Positions 10,520 to 18,505 of a stretch of 18,505 nucleotides of DNA are shown in pieces (the first letter of the stretch is position 1; each line of letters starts with the position of its first letter). The position numbers and the translations under genes were made by a program. The notes beneath the pieces were generated by a model that was not told the origin of the DNA, did no database searches, and saw only the letters and a program-made list of their open reading frames with translations. This DNA comes from Ginkgo biloba (taxonomy: Eukaryota; Plantae; Ginkgophyta): NCBI GenBank assembly GCA_024626585.2, contig JANKJI020000002.1, positions 56,383,646-56,402,150 on the forward strand, read 5' to 3'.

Positions 10520-11150
10520 TCACAAAGCTTAATGATCGTGTCCTCATACAAGAATTGAGCCATGTTGTGAGTAGAGTTGTTAGGCAATGCCTGATCTTTC
10601 ACACACTTTGTGTTGTACTTTGTTGTAAACGTGATGTATTGTTGTTTGTCAATTCGTGGTAGATGCTTGAAGGGGCCAACAAAATCCTATCCCCATTTCT
10701 CAAACTCTCCTTGTTGCAAGGTTGGGGTGTTGTGGCACCAAGTCTGTCCTATTAGCAAACAAGCATCATAGTGATCCACATGCTTAGTGGCATCTTCAAA
10801 CAACTTCGATCGCCATGGACTTGCAAGTAAGATCTTATGAGTGGTGTCATCCACCCTCGCATTTCCTCCAATCAATTTGGCATGGGCTTCCCATAGAACT
10901 CTATTAACTTCCTCAAGCATGACACATCACCACAAAATATGATCAAGACCCATCTTATACAACAATCCATCGACAAGTTGAAGCAAGCCAACCTTCATTG
11001 CAATTTCTCACCTCTCTACAATAGGAATCTTTGTTGGGAAGGGTCCTATGCATAAATAGTCTACTATGCCTATATGCCATTTGGTCCAACTGACAATTTA
11101 AATAATTAGGCATCTAGGAATTCATCATGAATGTGCATTGCAAGATCCCA
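10520..11150 (-). mobile_element. Ty3/Gypsy non-chromovirus (Athila/Tat-like) pol remnant: integrase zinc-binding domain and core start
   Basis: WHIGIVDYL...LVDGLLYKMGLDHILW*CVMLEEVNRVLWEAH...GGNA...HKILLAS...LFEDATKHVDHYDAC...FEKWG, then frameshifted IDFVGPF-like and TKYNTKCVKDQALP...AQFLYEDTI segments. Confidence 0.88.
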
Positions 11151-11189
11151 AATTGAGGACATAACATTAGATCTACCGCAATGTTTTGC

Positions 11190-11560
11190 TCCCTAGATAA
11201 ATAACCACCCAAAAAACCACAAAGTACAATGTTCTCTTCACTTTTACAATGTGGGATAAAACTTAAGTGAAAAGTAACTAAAAGGGAAAGATTAAATAGA
11301 AGTACAAGCTATAATGTTACTTTCACTTTGACAATGTTGGATAAAACCCTTTTAAGTGAAAAGTAACTGAAAGAGAAATTAAACACACTTTACAACAAAA
11401 GACTTAAGTCACTTAAATGAGTTAAACAGTGACTACGTACCATGAAACTACTAGTGTACAGTACAATTAGGCATTGAAGCTCATCAACCCATCACCTCAA
11501 GACTAATTGCCAAGGATTGTCCAGACTTCTATTTTAACCCTATCACAAATCTTGTTCCCT
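11190..11560. mobile_element. LTR-like fragment containing an 85-bp tandem repeat
   Basis: Units start at 11228 and 11313 (AATGTT...TTCACTTT.ACAATGT.GGATAAAAC...TTAAGTGAAAAGTAACT). Related motifs occur at 4095-4160. Confidence 0.5.
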
Positions 11561-12460
11561 ATATTATTGATCATTCTTATAATGATGTGCTTGTGCTACT
11601 TGATCATCTCTGCTTCAATACTTTAATCAAGGTGGCAAGGAAATGTTGATTAATGAACTTTTTTAGCTTTTTGTATGGGGGAAGGTGACCACTTATGAGA
11701 TCATGTCAACTAGATTGGCACCTTAAGTTGTCATGATTAAACATTAACTATGTAAAATGCAGTTTTGCTTTAGCGATTAGCCCAAATGACAATGCCAATT
11801 ACGTGACTGAACACTTACTAAATCATGTAGCTAACTCTTGACCATTAGTTACTTCTTGTTGAAATTCATTTGGATGCTTTGAAAAAATTTTGTATTGAAT
11901 CCTCTTTGTTCCTTTTCCATGACAATTGATCTNNNNNNNNNNNNNNNNNNNNNNNNNNNNNNNNNNNNNNNNNNNNNNNNNNNNGGAGAATTTATCCATG
12001 CTACCATTAAAATTCTACAACCAACTCACATAAACAAATGAATACAATATAAGATGTGCACAAAAATCCTTGGATACATACATTACTTTCACATAGAGTA
12101 CAATGCTAAATTTAAAGCTCGATGAGGCAAAATGTGGAGAAGGAAAACTATCTTGCTCCATTGGTTCTAAGGCTTGTTGCTACATACAACCATTCAATGC
12201 CTTGAAGGTACTATGTATGGAGAAAATCAACAATAAAAGCCAAGGATGCCTTCTATGTGGAAACTAAAAATCTAAACTAGAAACTTGCCCGATGGGTGTA
12301 AGTGCCATGGCCATGGGTTTCCCGCCTATGTGGAGGAGAAAACCCAAAGGGCTCTCAAAGNNNNNNNNNNNNNNNNNNNNNNNNNNNNNNNNNNNNNNNN
12401 NNNNNNNNNNNNNNNNNNNNNNNNNNNNNNNNNNNNNNNNNNNNNNNNNNNNNNNNNNNN

Positions 12461-12749
12461 CTCGACACTCGAAGGTTCGAACCGGCGACCTTGTACATGG
12501 AGAAGAAGGGAAAGTTGTGGTTTCATTTTTTACCATGAACAGAATGTATCCAGTGAGATTTCGCACTGAGCGACGCGATAATTTTCTCAACAAACGCAGA
12601 GCAGCTTCTTCTCCCAGGCATGCCAACTTTTGCCTGGCCTCCTCTTTGGCTGGCTCTATGCATTGCTTCGACGATATTTCAGCCAGTATAGCCTCAACAG
12701 AGGGTGGAAGCTCAGAACATGGGACAGTGCGGCAGGTTGAATTCATCAT
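12461..12749 (-). CDS. RDR3/4/5: RNA-dependent RNA polymerase, gamma clade (RDR3/4/5-like), N-terminal coding exon, truncated by assembly gap
   Basis: The translation MMNSTCRTVPCSELPPSVEAILAEISSKQCIEPAKEEARQKLACLGEEAALRLLRKLSRRSVRNLTGYILFMVKN matches the plant RDR3/4/5 N-terminal domain as I recall it (LPxSVExxLxxI...ARxxLAxxGEExALxxLRxI...IRxLSGFIxxM). A Ser/Pro-rich linker follows. ATG-ATG at 12749/12746, no stops before the gap at 12460. A possible acceptor near 12788 means an upstream exon cannot be excluded. Confidence 0.88.
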
Positions 12750-13130
12750 GGAATGCACAGAAGACTTCCGACACCAACCAAATGATCCTGTTCAAATGAC
12801 TGTATTGATAAATTTGGGGGAGCAATAGGCAAGGGCTACGTCTTCTACTCGAGTTCAATATATGTGATAGAAAATCGAAAGTTGATTTCGCAAAGTAGCG
12901 TTTGTTGTTTGTATTACTATTCAAAGTCAATTCAAGCTTCTCCGACAAGCCATGAACGAAACGAACCGAAACAAGTCTGAAACGCTATGAAAATGCTTCC
13001 ACGTAATGTTCTGTGCATGGGAAGAAAGCTTAGCATATTGTAAGACGAGCCTTCCAATCACGACCTTAGCAGCACTGCAAGTTCCATTTTTTTAAGACAA
13101 CTCTAATTTTGTGTTTTTTTTTTTTTTTTT
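12750..13130 (-). promoter_or_regulatory. Putative 5' UTR / proximal promoter of the RDR gene
   Basis: Non-TE-like, CpG-retaining sequence directly upstream of the ATG. ACGTGG core near 13000, an 8-codon uORF at 12953-12927 and a poly(T) tract near 13114-13132. TSS unknown. Confidence 0.4.
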
Positions 13131-13559
13131 TTAAATTGGTCACATGGACTATCATTATCGTGTCTATTCAAAGGGGGTTTGCCTTCAAAATTAGAAGGGC
13201 GAGCAAACACGTCACCAACTAGTGTTTCTTCAAGACTACAACAATGCTATCATACTGAAACCCCATGCAAACTTGATCCCCTAAGTTCTTTGTGGTTAGA
13301 TGTGTGTGCCATTGGGGTTTGATATTTGTTGGTGGCAAAACTTTTCACTACACTCCCACTAACATGTGGTAGAAGAGATATTGAATTCCACCAATGGTAA
13401 TCTATCCTCCCAATTAGTATGCTTGTTTGCAACATGTGCCCTAGGCATGTTCTCCATGATTTGGTTCACCCTTTTTGTTTGCCCATATGTTTCTAGATGA
13501 ACTGCTGAAAGAACTCCCTACAAAACAAACTTTGTGAATTTGGGATCCCTATCACCTAC

Positions 13560-13861
13560 AATTGTGTGAGGTAAATCACCTCTGCTTCTACGGATTCATC
13601 TTTCTACTTTCATATGAGATTACCTTTCCATCATGCATCAACACTGCACCAATGCCATGTCCAATAGCATCCGTAAGCATTACAAAAGGCTTGGACGGAT
13701 TTGGTAGGGTCAATATTAGGGCCTCAATGAGCTTCTGTTTTAATGTTTCAAAGCTATGTTGATGCTTTTCTAACCACACAAATTGGCTCTTCTTTTCCAA
13801 CAAATCTATTAAACATGCAACTATTCTGGCAAAGCCAAAAACAAATCGCCAACAAAAGCTT
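13560..13861 (-). mobile_element. Ty3/Gypsy chromovirus-like RT thumb / RNase H remnant
   Basis: SFCWRFVFGFARIVACLIDLLEKKSQFVWLEKHQHSFETLKQKLIEALILTLPNPSKPFVMLTDAIGHGIGAVLMHDGKVISYESRKM, a classic RT-RNaseH junction. Confidence 0.92.
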
Positions 13862-13961
13862 NNNNNNNNNNNNNNNNNNNNNNNNNNNNNNNNNNNNNNN
13901 NNNNNNNNNNNNNNNNNNNNNNNNNNNNNNNNNNNNNNNNNNNNNNNNNNNNNNNNNNNNN

Positions 13962-15095
13962 ATTCTATTCTTTTTGTTTCCTATTCCCCCCTACCCTCCG
14001 TGGTTCTTCGAGGAAGTCTCCATATTTATGTGGCTTCTTACTGTTCTCTGGCCCTCTATGGGTTCCATTCCTCCTCCAAAAGCCTGCCGACGATCCTGCT
14101 ATTGTAGAGGTGCATGTTCGACCTGTGTGGACTCTTTACATTGTTGTAGAGGTTGGGTGGCCTCCTCCAATCTCTGTGCATCTTCCTGAACCTTCTCGGT
14201 GCCCTACGCCCTTCTCACGACCTCCTCGTCATTCGTTGTTCATCGCCGTGGCCTCTCAGGCCCGTGCATTGTCTCCTGTTGCGCCGCGGCCTACACTTTC
14301 ACAATATAAAGCAGAAATAAAAAAAAAAAATTAACCTTTGGCCTAAAGTTGTGTTATTTTATCCTTTAGCTCCTTTTCCTTTTTGACATGGCTATATGAA
14401 CACCATACAACTGTCACTAAGGATCTTAACAAATTAAAAGAAGGCTAAGGGGCCTTTCTCACTCTTCGGAGGCCGTTTTTTTCATCGTTCTAACATCGAA
14501 TTGTCCACTTTTTGAACCAAAGCCATCATAACTTTGCCCCTTCTCTTCTGAGGCCCTCAAAAATAAAAATAAATAAATTTTTTTCAGTTTCAAAATAATA
14601 TCATTTAAAAAAAAAAAAAACGTTTAAAAGTTTTCCTTTTCAATCCGAAGAGCGAAGGGGCATTTTGCCTCTTTTTCTTTTTTTCCCTTCTTCCATTTGA
14701 TGAACGACCCTCCTCCGTTTGTCGAACGACCTTCTACGTTTATTAAGCAGGTTCTTGCCGCTCCTTTATCCACTCGTTCATTGTCCGTTAGTCATTTCTT
14801 TCCTCTCATTCACTTCAAGATCACGTCAAACCTTTAAAAAAAAAAAATGTCGAACCTTAAAAAGTTTGCTTCCTCCTTCACCTTTTTTGTGTGCATCATT
14901 TGTCTTTCATCCCTCTCATTTTGCCTAGGGTGTCTTCCCTCTCTAACGTCTTCGTCACTTCCCATGCACTTCTCTCTCCCCGACCACTACAACGACATGA
15001 TCATCGCTAAACTTTTTAATCACCTGAGGTTGTTGACGTTGAATTTCCCGTGCCGCATGTCGGCAGGCGCGTGATGTCATTTTGTGGTGTCAACA
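13962..15095 (-). mobile_element. Probable Tat/Retand-like LTR terminus, copy 1
   Basis: Minus strand starts TGTTGACACC. Homologous to 17029-18024 (shared CATCGCCGTGGCCTC.CAGGCCCG, ACTACAACGACA and the 65-bp terminal module). Orientation and family are inferred. Confidence 0.6.
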
Positions 15096-16009
15096 TNNNN
15101 NNNNNNNNNNNNNNNNNNNNNNNNNNNNNNNNNNNNNNNNNNNNNNNNNNNNNNNNNNNNNNNNNNNNNNNNNNNNNNNNNNNNNNNNNNNNNNNNGTAG
15201 CTTCCTTATTCAATTCCTTTAATCTTTGAATAATTTTAATTGAGCTCCATTTATTCAATCTAGAACTAGTTATTTACTCGATCTGGAAGTAGTTATCTAC
15301 TTTATCTAGAACTAGTTCAATAGTCAACTTAGAGAACATAGTTAATTTCATAATTCCATATCCTAAAAATTAATCAGAATGCAATCTCTAGAAATGACCG
15401 TCCATTTGATTAATACAAAAGGTACCATTTCAGAAAACGATAAAAAAATGCGCCCATTGACCGAAAGAAAATAGTTCGGACAGATTGATTGGAATGCATC
15501 ACTACCAGCTGCAGGAAAAATAATACTACCAAATGGGAAATGAGTTACATTAACTAACAGGCAATGCTTCCAGACACTGGATATGAATATGAGTATATTT
15601 TATTCCTACTCTTTGCCAATTCTCTTTCTCATTATTCCCTTGAAAATTGTTCTAATTCTTTATCTAGTACCCTCTACGTATATTTGTTCTTTAGAAAATT
15701 AATTATCTTACTAATGACTTAAATATATTACTTCTTCTTAACACTTTTTGGATTTATGAATTAATAGACCTTTTGGATTATTTTATGCCCAAACCTAATA
15801 TTTAATTACAAGATATGAATACATTGCATATAAAATGAATAAATGAGAGATACCCTTGTTATAATCCATGTTATATCTAAGATATATGAAAGTAATGAAA
15901 GAGTCAAAAGACTTAATACATATATTTTTAATAATTCCTCAAAAAGAATTATTAAGGTATATTTATATTCATACAAGTGCATCTTCATGAAATAACACAA
16001 CCTTTCTCA

Positions 16010-16928
16010 TGATCCTTTGTTATCTTTATTACTATTAATACATTTTCTAACTATGCCTTTTGTGCATGGGTTAGAAAGGCCTTTGATATTCCAAGGCTAC
16101 TATAATCATAAGAAGAATTTTGATTCTCAAAGTTCATTCCCTTTATAGATCATCCTCATTAGGTAGGGAGACTCATTAATTGGTAGTGACCACAACTTTT
16201 TGAAAATATCATCTAAAGTTAACTCATTTGTTAGGAGCTTGAAAAATAGACTAAAAACCTACAATACCACAAGGGGAAGACTCCTTAGGTGGCAAAGGAG
16301 GGGACCTCAATCTTCTAAAGGCTATGAAACATAGGATAACTCCTCCCATTTAAGTGAGTGTTCTTATATGAGCTTCCTTCTCATCTATACTAGTCCAAGC
16401 ACCAACTCCATCGTCTTTTTGAAAATTCTCTACAAGAATTTTGGCCTCAACTTTTGGATTATTCAATTGATTTTACTTCATGGGAGAGCAATCTTTTATC
16501 TTACGAGTTCTTATGACACTTACAACAAGTGTTTGGGATATATATAACTTGTTGCTTGAGCACACAAGAGCCATGTTGTCTTATGATCTCCTCTTCAAGG
16601 TCTATTGAGAAATCAACTTTCGACATGGATTCTCTTATTGAGTTTGGGATAGAAGTTTGTTAGGTTTATGGCATATGTAAGTGGCCTATTGTTGAGGCTA
16701 GCTTTGTAAGAAAGACATAAAAAGACATTGGGAAGTATAAGAATTCATAAGAAAGTTTCAATTGGGTAAAAAAAATGTTGGGAAAATATTCCTTATATCC
16801 TAGTCCAATAAGGTGGAAGGAAAGGAGATTGAAGGAGCATCCAACATGGATGACAAGGTATCCTTGATGGTTGAACCAAGAGCTAGGAGTGATGTCTCCA
16901 AGAGCAAAGCTAAAGGCAAACCCAAAGT
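16010..16928 (-). mobile_element. Degenerate L1 LINE: end of ORF1/spacer and start of ORF2 endonuclease
   Basis: ATG at 16109 gives MIIVA, then after a 1-nt shift WNIKGLSNPCTKGIVRKCI, the L1 endonuclease MxIxSWNxRGL start. The upstream extent is inferred from position only. Confidence 0.65.
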
Positions 16929-17028
16929 NNNNNNNNNNNNNNNNNNNNNNNNNNNNNNNNNNNNNNNNNNNNNNNNNNNNNNNNNNNNNNNNNNNNNNNN
17001 NNNNNNNNNNNNNNNNNNNNNNNNNNNN

Positions 17029-18024
17029 AGGTTACCACGGTTGTCTGGGGTCCTCAGGCCCTTCGGGGGCTCCTGTTTCCTTCCCAAACCACTGACGGTT
17101 CTGTTGCTCATTTTAGCTGTTTCCAATCCTCCTACACCCTCTCCCATCCTCCTCACTATGTTGTGCCCTATCCCGGGCCTCCTCAGACCCCTACACCCTC
17201 TTCTAGGCCTCCCCATTGCCCTCTGGCCATCGCCGTGGCCTCACAGGCCCGCACGACATCTCTAGTAGTGTCGCGACCTGTGCAGGCGAAGAAATTCAAG
17301 CGCCAAACAAAAAAATAGAAAAAATTAAAACCCAAACATAAGGACATTGAAATTAATTTTAATTTTTGATCTTAGCCTTTATTTGCTTCGCCCTCGATCA
17401 TGTGGAATCATTGAAAATCATTTTTGGGGGTTGAAGAGACCCCTTTGGGTGCTAGGCTCTTTTTTTCACTTTCCCACGAGCATTTTTTATTTTTAAAAAG
17501 TCATGGTAGTGTGTAGGTACATACCTGGGCCTGCGCATTCACCCCGACAAGGTTTTTGCACCCTCCCCCTCTTCCTCTCAAATCTTCAAGTTGCATTAAA
17601 ATCTTATAGCCATGAAGGACCTTTATGTCTCAAGGCCTATTTTTTGTGTATCTGTCCATGTAGGATGTATCCATCCCATTTCAGAGGGTCTTTCTCTCTC
17701 TTCCATTCAAAACCATCCACTATGCCACATTAAAAAATTTGGAATAGTTGAATCTCTCTCTTCTCTTTGAAACCATGTCGAAACCATTAAAAATCACCAA
17801 AACAAATCAACCAAACAAAACAAAATAAAAATAAAAATAAAAGTAAAATAACACGAACGAAAGTGATTAATGCAGGTTTCACCACTCATAAATTTTCTCT
17901 CCTCGTTATACTACAACGACACTACAATGCGATTTTATAAAACAATAAAAATCTAAGGTTGTTGACATCGGCCTTCTACTACCACGTGTCGACGAGCGTG
18001 TGGTGGCATTTTTCAGTGTCAACA
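17029..18024 (-). mobile_element. Probable Tat/Retand-like LTR terminus, copy 2
   Basis: Minus strand starts TGTTGACACTGAAAAATGCC. Collinear homology with 13962-15095. Confidence 0.6.
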
Positions 18025-18505
18025 AAAGTTTTATCCTATTCTCTCTCATGGCTCTATCTCTAATTTTTCTTATCAAGAAAAGATATTTTCTCACATCTTG
18101 CAACCTCCACCAAATCTCCCCATGATGTCAATAGCTTCCTTATAGGTTCCCTTGGTGTGATGACCTTGGCATATTACCTATTAAGCGCTCTATCAAGATA
18201 TCACCTACATAAACCTAGCCTTCAAAGTTCACCTATGGGATTACAACCCCTTCAAATATGGATACCTTGACATAAAATCACATGGATACACTAGCTTGCA
18301 TCTCTCCCATAGTTCCTACGACCTCCTTAAGACATGCATCCATATCCTATTCCATAAGCTCAATGTGCAACAATGAACCCATGAATAACATATAGTGATG
18401 ATTTCAAAACCTACTATAACATGTTTTCTTCCTTTCAGAGTTTAACCATGGTTCATAGTGATTCCACAAAGTCTTCTCTATCCTAGGTTCTTATGGACTT
18501 GCATC

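Noticed and set aside
12264-12360. Continuation of RDR exon 1 after the gap (FESPLGFLLHIGG...)
   Set aside because: It is in frame only through an arbitrary 100-N gap and has no RDR similarity.
12292-12828. Plus-strand 178-aa ORF
   Set aside because: It is the antisense shadow of the RDR exon extended through a gap.
18025-18505. Decayed minus-strand reading frame, possibly a retroelement accessory ORF
   Set aside because: Multiple stops and no motif I can assign with confidence.

Overview
Eukaryotic, AT-rich land-plant genomic DNA from a fragmented assembly, with nine 100-N placeholder gaps and six sized gaps. The element types and long TE-filled introns suggest a gymnosperm or fern, but that is inference. 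The only recognisable host gene is a minus-strand gamma-clade RNA-dependent RNA polymerase (RDR3/4/5-like). Its N-terminal exon lies at 12749->12461 and runs into a gap, and a clean 78-nt internal exon lies at 3815->3738 (AYPLLLQCRLFYNGSAIKGTFLVNKQ). The exons between them are not visible. Almost everything else is decayed retroelement: an RTE/RTE-X-like LINE, L1 fragments (one a ~92-bp stub with a 13-bp TSD), Gypsy gag, RT-RNaseH and integrase remnants, a Copia gag remnant and repeat-rich LTR-like segments. Two diverged copies of one element end in an exactly 65-bp TGTTGAC...GTCAACA module. I see no convincing new biological system. The best leads are the RDR-gamma locus and the terminal module plus splice acceptor shared by those two copies.
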